Source of the DNA: Carpediemonas membranifera BICM
Lineage: Eukaryota; Protista; Fornicata
Length of the DNA: 64,000 bases
Assembly: GCA_019828565.1 (NCBI GenBank)
Contig: JAHDYR010000006.1
Location: 371,643 to 435,642 of the forward strand
Reading direction: 5' to 3'
Shown here: positions 1 to 9,600 of the stretch, one piece after another
Layout: each line of letters opens with the position of its first letter
Position numbering within the stretch: the first letter of the stretch is position 1
The notes under the pieces: model-generated
What the model saw: the letters and a program-made list of their open reading frames with translations, nothing else
Told to the model about the DNA's origin: nothing
The model's database searches: none
Made by a program: the position numbers and the translations under genes

Positions 1-61
1 ATTTCGCTTGCACTACATGTCCTTGGTTTCCCATGTCGTTTAACAAGGGCGGCAGGGGCAC

Positions 62-977
62 AGAGTGTATATGTTGTGTGGCCAGCAAAATCGAGTTTCA
101 CATGAGCTCACGGGCACCCTGGAGTGCCGAGGCGCGGGCGAGACCCCAGCGGGACCGGGTCGCCGTGCTAAGAGGTTGAATCTGGTGGCAGTTTCGGATA
201 CGAATCGAGGTGATTCGATCCGAAAGAAAAGAAAGAAAATTTATGGTGCCTGGTATCGGGCCCCGGTTACTTAGGCTGATCTCCCTTATTACTGGAGCCG
301 AGTTCCCCGGGGCGCTGCCTCCTCCCTGCGATTGAACTTGTCAGCTGCGTCCAACGAGCGATTCGGTGCTACTGCTTCCGCTCACTCCCGATTTCACTTC
401 CCCCCATAGGCCTTCGCCATCTCCGTGCGCTGAGCGCTTTCCTGTCTCCCTGTAAACCCGGCAGCTTCCAGGGAGCCTGGGGGTCTGTCCTCGGTGCTTC
501 CACAGGCAGGTTTGTCCTGCAAGACCTTCTCTATAGCACTCCCTGATTCCCTGCAGTCCCTACGGGGTCGTTCAAGCATGACACCCTCTCCTCTTTCCAG
601 ATTCCCTGTTCAGTGCCCCCACGACCCTGTTAAGTGGCCTACCCGTGGGCGGGGAAAGCAACTAAGTCCCTCTCATCTACCCCTGTTAGGCGGCGTGGGT
701 TAGGGCTAACACAGACTCTAGATCTGCAAGGCCTAGTACCCCTTATGATAGTTCTCTTGTGCTACACTTCCCAGCGTCCCTCTATCGTTCACAAGGGCGG
801 CGGAAACGTCATGTCCCCCCGTATGAGGTGATTCGATCCGGGAGAATCGATGGCGCAATCGACTGAAAATGGAGTCAGACCAAGAGAAATGGCGGAAGAG
901 ACCGCCGGACAGATAAGAGATAAATGTCCAACCCCCCCCTTGGGTAAGAGTGTATATGTTGTGTGGCCAGCAAAATC
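62..977 (+). repeat. Dispersed short direct repeats (31 bp at 62-92/947-977; 16 bp at 207-222/825-840; 11 bp at 43-53/791-801), possibly the terminus of another split-repeat element
   Basis: Exact copies of agagtgtatatgttgtgtggccagcaaaatc, gaggtgattcgatccg and acaagggcggc; no credible ORF. Confidence 0.6.
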
Positions 978-1465
978 TGGCTGGCCTGGCCAAGCTGGCG
1001 TTACATCGCGCTGACAGGTTACCTCGGGTAACGGGCCGTGAGCGGAGGGCAATGAGATCGCCTCGCTCCGGCATGGTGATGCGCCGACCAGGCGAGCCGC
1101 GCAGTTTATGCGGGCAGAATGGTAGAAAATTCGGAACATCCAGATCCGACGGCACGATACTGGTCAAGACCGGTATATCCGCCCAGTAGGTAAGCTGGCC
1201 GGAGTCCCCTGATCGTTTACACTAGCTCTCTTTAATAAACGATCGCCCCCGTTGGGTAGAGCAAGTATGTCTAGAGGCGAGCACCACTCGAGCCCATTGG
1301 CACCCGGGGTGCTGAGACGCCCGAGAGGGCGCACGGAAACGTGCAGTTTATGGCATCAGAATTTCGAATGCCCGAAGGCACATCGGGCCTAAAGGAGCCC
1401 GAGAAGAATAAATCCTTTACCCCCCCCTTTGGGGAGTATGAGTTAGGTGGCTAGCCTAGTCTAGC

Positions 1466-1546
1466 TCCTGTCACAGGACCATCACTGGCACCTGCGCGCG
1501 CCGATCAATGTGCACTTTAGGTCACACTTCGAAACGCATCGGCAGG
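1466..1546 (+). repeat. Split direct repeat A1
   Basis: 81-bp identity with 21656-21736; ends immediately before the ORF1 ATG. Confidence 0.95.
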
Positions 1547-4500
1547 ATGTCTGATAACGAAGACCTGCCGCCGCAAGACAGTCCCGATGAGCTTAACAAG
1601 CGTATCGAGAAGCTGGAGCGCTTGGTTAAGATACAATCGGAAGCAATTTTGGAGCAGCAAGCAGAAGCAGCTCGCCGTCCACTGTTCCTGGAGATGCCAA
1701 AGAGGTTCGGCCTCGAAGATGAGGCCAGATTCGTATACAAGACCATGAATAGGATCGAGAACGGCGCAAAGATGAAGGAGATCGGGAACATTCTCTTTGC
1801 AAGAATCCAGTACCTTCTAATCAAGGACGTGTACACTGACGCTACTGCAGAGCGGTGTGCCGGGGCGAAGAGATTGGAACATTTACATAAACTGCGGACG
1901 TGGATGCCTTATGACATCCTACCCCCCTTAAGCTTGAGCTTGTGGGACTTGAGGTAGTCACGTGCCGCAGTGACGTGGCGGAGCCCGTCAGCGGGTTCCC
2001 ATGTGGGATCGTAGTCGCCCTCCCAGCAGACGAGGAGCTGCAGTGTGCCGTTGCGGCGACGGTGCTTCTCGATGCCTTGCACGACGTACGTCTGCTCGTC
2101 GGAGGCGGCGAGGTTCTTCAGGCGGCTGAGCCCCGACTTGGTGTTGAAAGGAAGGACCTGGTCTACGTGAGCCATGAAGGGGGCGCTCTCGAAAAGGTCG
2201 ACCAGCTGAAGGGTGTTGTTGTCCTTGATGGCGAGAATCTTGAACGGGCCGGCGAAGCCATGCAGCTTTGGGGTCTTCGTCCGGTTGAGCAGGACGAGGT
2301 CGCCTTCCTTGAAGCTAGTCGGCTGGCGGTCGGCGTTGGCCTTGGCGAGGCGCTTGTCTACAGTCTCGCGCTGCTTCTCGGCCGCCCTAGAGGTCAACTT
2401 GGAGAGGTGGGCTCGAAGTAAAGTGATGTAGGCTGAGGCTGAGGCAAGGGGCGAGTCATTGTCGCTCGGTCGGAGGATTCTAGCGACTGTGGAGCTGGGG
2501 TCGAGTTGGTCTCCATACAGCATGGCGTGGGGTGTGACCCCAGTGGCGCTGCAGGTGGTTGTGTTCAGCAGCAGCTGAACTACCGGAAGGAGGTCGCTCC
2601 AACGGGAGAACTTGTCGGATTGGAGGATCAAACAGCGAAGATGCTTCATGACCTCCGCGTTACGACGCTCTACCAGCCCATTCGACTGAGGGTGGTAGGG
2701 GAGGGTGAATTGCTGGGTGATGTCCGCGCTTTCGAGCAGGGCCTTGACGACGTTGCCGGTGAACTCAGGCCCGTTGTCGGACTTGATGAACAGGGGAGTC
2801 CCATGACGGGTAATCACCTGGCGCCAGAGGGCCTCTGACGCTGCATCAGCTGTGTTCTCGTCCGTCGCGGCCAACTCAGTGTAGCGAGTAAACATATCGA
2901 CCATAACTGTGATGTATCTGGAGCCGACTGCGTCTGCCGGGATTGGACCAATAGTATCCACTGCGACAGTGTGGAACGGTTTGTACACTGCTGTTGTGCG
3001 GAGCTCTGCCTCGGCGAAGTTGCGTAGGCGAGCTTTCTGGCACTCGTCACATGAGGCGATGAACTCCTCGACATCTGCTGTGAAGCCTGTCCAGGTATAG
3101 CCGTCTGCTCTCAGGCGTTCGATGGTAGCCTTGGCGCCGTGGTGTCCTCTGTGGGCGATCTGTATCAGCTCCTTTCGGAGGGGTCTGCACACGGTTGAAG
3201 TAGGGATGACGACGAGGCCGTCCTTGCGGCGAAGACCGTCGCTGTCTACGGTCAGCTTGGAGACGGTAGAGTCGTCTGTCTGGTGTTTGATGAGTGTGTC
3301 ATGGTAGCGGGAGTCAGTCGTGATGGCTGCGACAGTGGGCGAGGTCGAGTGACCGCAGCGGCTCAGCGCGTCTGCGACTGCGTTCTGTAGGCCGGGAACG
3401 TGCTCGACATCGAACTTGTAGTCTGCTAATGTCAGTCTCCACCGGTTGATCTTGTCGTTCTCGGATGACTTGGCGATCATGTAAATAAGATTACGGTGGT
3501 CGGTCCGTAGGAGGAACCTCTTCAGGCGTAGGAGGGGTGACAGGGTCGGGTGTGTAAGGCAAAAGACAATGGCAAATAGCTCCTGCTCACACGTGGCCCA
3601 GCGCGACTGGGTTGACGTGAATGTGTGAGAGAAGTAGGCGAGGACCTGTGTCTTGTCGTCCTTTGTCTGCCATAGTACGCCGCCTGCTCCGATGTTGCTA
3701 GCGTCTGTCTCGAGCGTCCAGTCGGCGTCGGCGTCCGGATGTGCGATAAAGAGATCGTCAGTGAACAGGGTCTTCAGGCCGTCGAAAGCGGCGTCGTGCT
3801 CCGCTGTCCATTCCCACAGACGGTCCTTTTGCAGAAGATCGTTGAGAGGTCTCATGTACTCGTGTCGTGTATGGGGAACGAATGATGCGAGGTACTGGAA
3901 CTGTCCGAGGACTACGCGAAGCTCGTGGACGTTGGTGGGTGCAGGTAGATCGCGTAGGGCTTGGGTCCTGGCTGGGTCGACGTGTACTCCGGCCTGGTCG
4001 ACCGTAAAGCCGACAATCTTGGCGCTGGTGGTGCCGAAGACTCCCTTCTTGGCGCTGAACTGAACGCCTGCAGCGTCCGCGCGTGTGAGCAGGTCGCGGA
4101 GAATGCGTAGGAAGGAGTCATCGTCACGGGCGTAGATGAATATGTCGTCGATGTAGGGGTTGGCGCCCTTGTACAACAGTGGGGCGAGCATGCCTTCGAT
4201 CTCCCGCTGGAAGTGAGAAGGCGCGTTGCAAAGGCCGAACGGCATCCTGAGGAATTCCTCGTAGACGCCCGGGGCGGTGAAGGCCGTCTTAGGCACGTCG
4301 TCTGGGTGCATGGCCACCTGCCAGTAGCCCGACGTCAGGTCTAGCGTCGCAAAGCGTGTGCAGCCCGACGCGAGGTTGAGGAGTTCTCGCATGTTGGGGA
4401 TCGGGTGCCGGTCGGGTACTGTCCAAGAGTTGAGGCGGCCGTAGTCGATACAGAGACGGTAGGCGTCGCCCTTTGCGACCAGGACGATGGGGCTTGCGTA

Positions 4501-6616
4501 AGGCCCCTCAGAGGGCTGTGTGATCTCGTCCTGGCGCAGGCGCTCGACGTATGGCAACAGCCACTCCAGCTTCTTCGGGTGTAGGTTGCGCGGGCGAAGA
4601 CGGATCGGAGGGGCGTTGTCGTAAAGCGGGATGCGCATAGGGGCAAACGAGCACGGCTGTTTGCTTATGACGGGGTCGAATAGGTGATCGAACCGACGGA
4701 GGATCGAATGTAGCTCGTCGGTCTGGGCCTTGGTGGAGAGCTCGTGTATCTCACACGCGTCGGTGTGAAACTCGCTTGAGGAGACGGCCTCGACGGGGGC
4801 GTCGAGGTACTTGTGGAGTGGGAGGCCATCGGTGGCGTCCTCCGGGCGTGAATCCGGAAGAAGTGGGATGTGGAGGCCACTCTCGGAGAGATAACCGAGC
4901 GCGCGAAGCACGTCGCATCCAATGAGCACACGTTCAGTGGCGCGCGTCATGATGTAGAGGATGAGATCGACGATGACGTTTCCAGATGTGCTGGGCAACG
5001 TGATCCGCGCTTGGACGTAGTGAGTGATGAGGATGGGCTCATTGGTAACGGACTGAACAGTAAATGGCTTTTCAAGCTCATGTGTGACGAGTTGGAGCGT
5101 CTTAACGGAGGTTGTGGAGATGATCGTGATTGCGGAGCCGCTATCGATCAATATCACCTGTTCTTGGTCATTCACAGCTCCCTTAACTGAGAATGCAGTT
5201 GAAGCGGCAACTTCTTCGATAAAGGCATCATCACAAGCATTGTGTGCGACTTCGACTTCGTGGACTCCTGGACGAGAGTTGATCAGCTTGGATCTGTCCC
5301 GGAGCACCATGTTCCCAGCGCGTCTCTCGTCGGGGGCGAGGCTGTGGCTGCTGGGATGACTGTTGCTGCTGCTTCTGAGCAGCTGGTGCCGGCTGTGGCT
5401 GAGCCGGTTTGTTGGCCGCTTGGGGCTGGCGTTGCGGCTGAGGTGCCGGTCTGGCGTCGCGGGCCGCGGCGGGGTGGCCTTTGGTAGCCTGGGGCTGTCC
5501 GGGCGTGCTGCCGCGGTGCGGGCAATCAGCCTTCCAGTGCATGCCTCCACAGGAGCACGCGTATGGAGGAGGGCGCCGGCGCTCGCGGCGGGATCTGGTG
5601 TTGGCGTTCTGGCTATGTTTCGGGCCAGTGCTGGAGCTCGTGATGGAGCTCGTGCTGGAGGATGTGATGGATATGTCTTGAATCACGCTTCCGAGGACTT
5701 CACGGGCGTCAATGGCGTGCAGTATGAGCTCGCGCGTGTGCACAAATAAGCTATCGATGTCCCGGGCGCCAGAGAGGTCCCACTTTTGCTGAATACGGTT
5801 GGCAAGTGAGACCGGGCGAAGGGCGGCGATAAAAGCTTTGGCGATGATCTTATCGAGTCCGCGGGTGGGGCTGGCTTTTCTCGGGGTGTCCTGCTCACTC
5901 GGCGTGCTGTCTGGCTTCTGGGTGATGACCTTGCTGAGGGCGGCCTCGTCTTCATCCACCTCGGCGGGCTCGGGCTCTGGCTTGGCGCCGAGCTCGGCGT
6001 TGAGAAGGGCATGGGCGTGGGAGCGCAGCTCCTCGGTCTCAGCCATGAGACGAGATACGGCCTCGATCGTGGACTTGGTTCGGTCCTGCGTGAGGGCCCG
6101 GATTTCTTGGATGGTTTTCTCAAGGGTTCTCGGGAAAGAAAGAGCGGTGATTTCGGCGAGAAGTTCTGCGTCGTTGAGTGCTTCGACGTCGACGTTGCGG
6201 ACAAATCGGACATGACTGACTTGATCCTCGGTGAGGCACTCGTAAGCCGTTATGACGGTTGTGGTAGGAGCATGCTTCTGCGCGAACGTGAGGGCGCGTT
6301 TGAACGCGCGAACGGACTCTCTAGAGAAGTCCGATAGTGATGGCGGAATCCAATTATTCATTTCGGAAAGTGATCACTGTGCCGGGGCGAAGAGATTGGA
6401 ACATTTACATAAACTGCGGACGTGGATGCCTTATGACAGCGGTTCGAGAACTATTGCAAGGCGAAGGGCGTGCCTGATCGCGACGAGGTCCTGGAACTGG
6501 CGGCCCGCGCCAAGTCTAAGGGCGATAAGCGCGACGCTAATTTTCGCCGCGGTGGCCGCGCTCAGGACCGAGGTCGCACTCAGACAGGATCCTCCGGCAA
6601 GAGAGCCCACACCTAA
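1547..6616 (+). CDS. ORF1 (gag-position protein, ~160 aa) of the YR element, join(1547..1855,6443..6616), disrupted by Gypsy-1
   Basis: MSDNEDLPP...DATAER joins in frame to FENYCKAKG...KRAHT* after removing Gypsy-1 and one GCGG. Confidence 0.8.
1909..5550 (-). CDS. pol: Gypsy-1 Pol (protease, RT, RNase H, integrase, chromodomain)
   Basis: LIDSGS; LDLTSGYWQ/YIDD; TDAS..ADALSR; HHCC, VAVD..SDNG..GLVER; C-terminal YVVQGI..LLVCWEG..PTWEP. Confidence 0.97.
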   Translation of the reverse strand: MEACTGRLIARTAAARPDSPRLPKATPPRPATPDRHLSRNASPKRPTNRLSHSRHQLLRSSSNSHPSSHSLAPDERRAGNMVLRDRSKLINSRPGVHEVEVAHNACDDAFIEEVAASTAFSVKGAVNDQEQVILIDSGSAITIISTTSVKTLQLVTHELEKPFTVQSVTNEPILITHYVQARITLPSTSGNVIVDLILYIMTRATERVLIGCDVLRALGYLSESGLHIPLLPDSRPEDATDGLPLHKYLDAPVEAVSSSEFHTDACEIHELSTKAQTDELHSILRRFDHLFDPVISKQPCSFAPMRIPLYDNAPPIRLRPRNLHPKKLEWLLPYVERLRQDEITQPSEGPYASPIVLVAKGDAYRLCIDYGRLNSWTVPDRHPIPNMRELLNLASGCTRFATLDLTSGYWQVAMHPDDVPKTAFTAPGVYEEFLRMPFGLCNAPSHFQREIEGMLAPLLYKGANPYIDDIFIYARDDDSFLRILRDLLTRADAAGVQFSAKKGVFGTTSAKIVGFTVDQAGVHVDPARTQALRDLPAPTNVHELRVVLGQFQYLASFVPHTRHEYMRPLNDLLQKDRLWEWTAEHDAAFDGLKTLFTDDLFIAHPDADADWTLETDASNIGAGGVLWQTKDDKTQVLAYFSHTFTSTQSRWATCEQELFAIVFCLTHPTLSPLLRLKRFLLRTDHRNLIYMIAKSSENDKINRWRLTLADYKFDVEHVPGLQNAVADALSRCGHSTSPTVAAITTDSRYHDTLIKHQTDDSTVSKLTVDSDGLRRKDGLVVIPTSTVCRPLRKELIQIAHRGHHGAKATIERLRADGYTWTGFTADVEEFIASCDECQKARLRNFAEAELRTTAVYKPFHTVAVDTIGPIPADAVGSRYITVMVDMFTRYTELAATDENTADAASEALWRQVITRHGTPLFIKSDNGPEFTGNVVKALLESADITQQFTLPYHPQSNGLVERRNAEVMKHLRCLILQSDKFSRWSDLLPVVQLLLNTTTCSATGVTPHAMLYGDQLDPSSTVARILRPSDNDSPLASASAYITLLRAHLSKLTSRAAEKQRETVDKRLAKANADRQPTSFKEGDLVLLNRTKTPKLHGFAGPFKILAIKDNNTLQLVDLFESAPFMAHVDQVLPFNTKSGLSRLKNLAASDEQTYVVQGIEKHRRRNGTLQLLVCWEGDYDPTWEPADGLRHVTAARDYLKSHKLKLKGGRMS
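5231..6361 (-). CDS. gag: Gypsy-1 Gag; probably continuous with Pol (indel in the G5 run near 5332)
   Basis: ATG 16 nt inside the 5' LTR; zinc knuckle variant CSCGGMHWKADC. Confidence 0.85.
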   Translation of the reverse strand: MNNWIPPSLSDFSRESVRAFKRALTFAQKHAPTTTVITAYECLTEDQVSHVRFVRNVDVEALNDAELLAEITALSFPRTLEKTIQEIRALTQDRTKSTIEAVSRLMAETEELRSHAHALLNAELGAKPEPEPAEVDEDEAALSKVITQKPDSTPSEQDTPRKASPTRGLDKIIAKAFIAALRPVSLANRIQQKWDLSGARDIDSLFVHTRELILHAIDAREVLGSVIQDISITSSSTSSITSSSTGPKHSQNANTRSRRERRRPPPYACSCGGMHWKADCPHRGSTPGQPQATKGHPAAARDARPAPQPQRQPQAANKPAQPQPAPAAQKQQQQSSQQPQPRPRRETRWEHGAPGQIQADQLSSRSPRSRSRTQCL

Positions 6617-6626
6617 CCCTCTTTCC

Positions 6627-9600
6627 ATGCATGAACGCGGCGTGGAGGGAGTGGCAGAGGTTGGGAGCATCACAACGGGTGATCAACTGGTTACGATACG
6701 GGGTCGAGATCCGTCTGAGAAGTCAACCACCAGCACCAAGGCAACAGCCGACAGTCGACCCATTCATTGTCCAGCAGATTCCTTCCTTGATAGAGACAGG
6801 CGTCATAGAGCAAGTGAATCCCTCTTCCCTGCGACACACCGCCTCGCTGTTTACTGTGCCGAAGGGCGAGTCGAAGAGGATCATTCACAACCTCACGATA
6901 CTGAACGACTGCTCGGCAGAGCGCTCATCCTTCCGGCTCTACGGTCTGCGCAGAGCTCTCTCCCTTCTCCAGAGGGGCGACTGGATGGTCAAGTTCGACC
7001 TCAAGTCCGGGTACCATCAAGTACCAGTACGGAAGGAGGACCGCAAGCTGCTAGGAGTCTATCTTCCAGACGGACGAGCGTTTCAGTACAGAGTGCTAGG
7101 CTTCGGCTGGCGCGCATCGCCGTTCGTGTTTCAGACGATCACCAACCAACTCGCCAAGATACTAGCCCTTCGGACGGGTCTTACCATTGTTGTCTACCTC
7201 GACGACTTCCTCTTATTTCACCGCGACCGAGAAACATACTGTTAGAATGGCCAGTTAATCCGGGGATATACGGAGGATAAACACCCTTTTGCACAAGAAA
7301 CTGCAAGAAAAAATGAGATTCACCCGTATCTTTTTCACTATTTCACACGTTTCACCAACGTTTGTGAAACGTAGAGAAACGTGCGGAAGGTACGGGTAAG
7401 TCTCATTTTTGCTTGCATACGACGTGCTAGGGGCATTCTTGTGATTCGTAGGTAGGTGCTGATGTTGCATAACCATTCATTGCTTATTCAAAGTGATAAT
7501 AACGTGCTAGTGGTCTTTAAGTTGCTGTATTACATCTATAAACATATCTCCTATCTCTTCCAGAACGTGTTGTGTGTCATTCAGCCTCTCATTCACCAAC
7601 CCCTCGCAATTCAGCCCAGTGATGTGATTTCGTATTTCTCGAACAGAATCTTGTATCTTGCCGACTTCATGGAGGCAACTGGTCATATGATTAAGCCTTT
7701 CGTTCGTGGATAACCGTAACATTGTCGTCAACACCTGCGCAGTTTAAGATGAGAATATGACGACCAGTGAAACTGCGAAGAAAGCTGAGATTTCGCAGGG
7801 CACGTCTTGCGGATCGGATAAGAGAACAGAGTACCGCCGGCTGTTCGTGACTAGCTTCCTGGAATGCTTTTTCGACGTCGCGGACATCCCAACTATCGGT
7901 CTGACGACCTCTGACGTTCATCGCGCTCTCCTTGGCATGCAGGATGTGATATCGGGCCTCTGCAACGGCTTTCGCAAGATTGCTATTGCAAACTCCGTCA
8001 GGCGCACGACTACTGAGCCCATTCAGGCATTTGTGGCAAGTAGAAAGGGTGGCACAGAGCTCATTGGCACAAAGATACCCTACCTGGTTGTCAGAGACAG
8101 AGCAAATGCAGCTGAACACTTGCAGGAGTTTAGAAACAGGATGTCTGTGCTGTTTCGGGGACTTGGACTCCACGATGTCTCCAGTCTGATCACTTGCACC
8201 GGCATTCAATGGCCTCCAGCCGTTGTAATCAGGATCAAGCATCGCAAGCTCCAGCCTGAGCCACGTACCCCAGCAGAAACACCCGCAGAGACACCCACAA
8301 AGACTCCAGTGACAACATTGGTACCAAAGCTCAGAAAAAGAGCTGACTTGGCTACCATCAAGCCTGATTCCCCCGTCAAGAAGCTTAATTTTGATGCGCA
8401 GATGCATGAGCCTGCTCAGAAGCGATCGAGGCTCGAAGAGGCTGACTTGAAGGAGGTTGCCGCGATGGTGACGGCTTCACTCTCCACAACTGTCACTGAT
8501 CTCCTCAAGCAGTCACCCAAGGCCGTTGAAATGAACGATAAGGTCCCCGCCCTCAAGCAAGCGACGTTTCTGAAGCTATATCAGCGTAAGTTACTGTTCG
8601 CATGCGCTGTTTGTGCCTCACCTGAATGGTACTTCAACCCAAACATGAAAAGAAACGAGTATGAAACGTGCTATCTCTGCCATCAGTTCATGCATCTTCA
8701 GTGTGTCAGAGAGAAGAGGATTGATGGTAAGAACAGAAAGGTTTGCGCAGCTTGCAGTCTGGCAGGAAGGTCTAACAGATGTCACGCGTGTATCAAGGAC
8801 GGAGACAAGTCGACAAAGGACACTGGCGTCTGCCGGGCGTGCCTAAACTGGTTCTGCGAAGAGAAACACTTCAGCTATGCTGAGTTCCATCTCGACGGCC
8901 AGGACTATCGTGTCAGGTTCTGCGACCAGTGTATGACTGTCTACCAGAAGGTGGCGGATATGAAGCCAATTGAGTAAGTTAAATAGGGAGATTTTGAACT
9001 TTAAGTGTCTTCCAGTGCCGCTCTGTGCGCAACTGTCATCTCAGTAATGTAGCGCGAGGCCATAACATCCGCCGGAGATCTCTGCAGTGGTCTATATGCA
9101 AGTACCTCAGAAACAAGGTCGACCATCTCGGGAAGAGGGATTGGCGTGCGGAACTGAGTGGCTGTGAGGATCTCAATCGCGCCCGGGGTTATGGACATTG
9201 ATCCATTCGCGATAACCCGTCTCCCTGCTGTGCCAGGTGCGAGCCCATAGCCGGAGAAGTAACGCGAGACGAAGTGGAGCGGGTTGTCCATGCATGTAGT
9301 GCGGTAGAGCCAAAAGCAGTCCTGCAGGACGAGTTCGTTGGCAAGCATTTTCTCCGGAGTGAGAATGATGCACGTATGCTCGTATGCCTGGGTCGAAATG
9401 GACTGCTTAAGCAGAGAGAACTCGCTATTGTCCGCTCCGGTACAGGTGGCGAAGTAGATGAGCCGAACCCGGCTGGTGGTGACGAGGGATGGCTCACGGA
9501 AAGCGAAGAGGATCATCTGTACGATATCGTGAAGGTACAGGAACTCGTTAGCGCTCGCATTAACGATCATTCTCGACGTTGTGGTCTCGCTGTGGCCAGA

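Larger units (their letters stand above)
1856..6438 (-). mobile_element. Gypsy-1: chromodomain Ty3/Gypsy LTR retrotransposon, 4583 bp, 61-bp LTRs, TSD GCGG
   Basis: Identical TG..CA LTRs 1856-1916 and 6378-6438; GCGG at 1852-1855 and 6439-6442; purine tract next to the 3' LTR. Confidence 0.97.

Noticed and set aside
6252-7280. 342-aa ORF as an independent gene
   Set aside because: Chimeric across Gypsy-1, its LTR, the YR overlapping frame and the element A TIR
7507-7734. 75-aa coiled-coil-like ORF near the left end of A (and 49693-49899 in B)
   Set aside because: Short, no motif, uncertain start; cannot be supported
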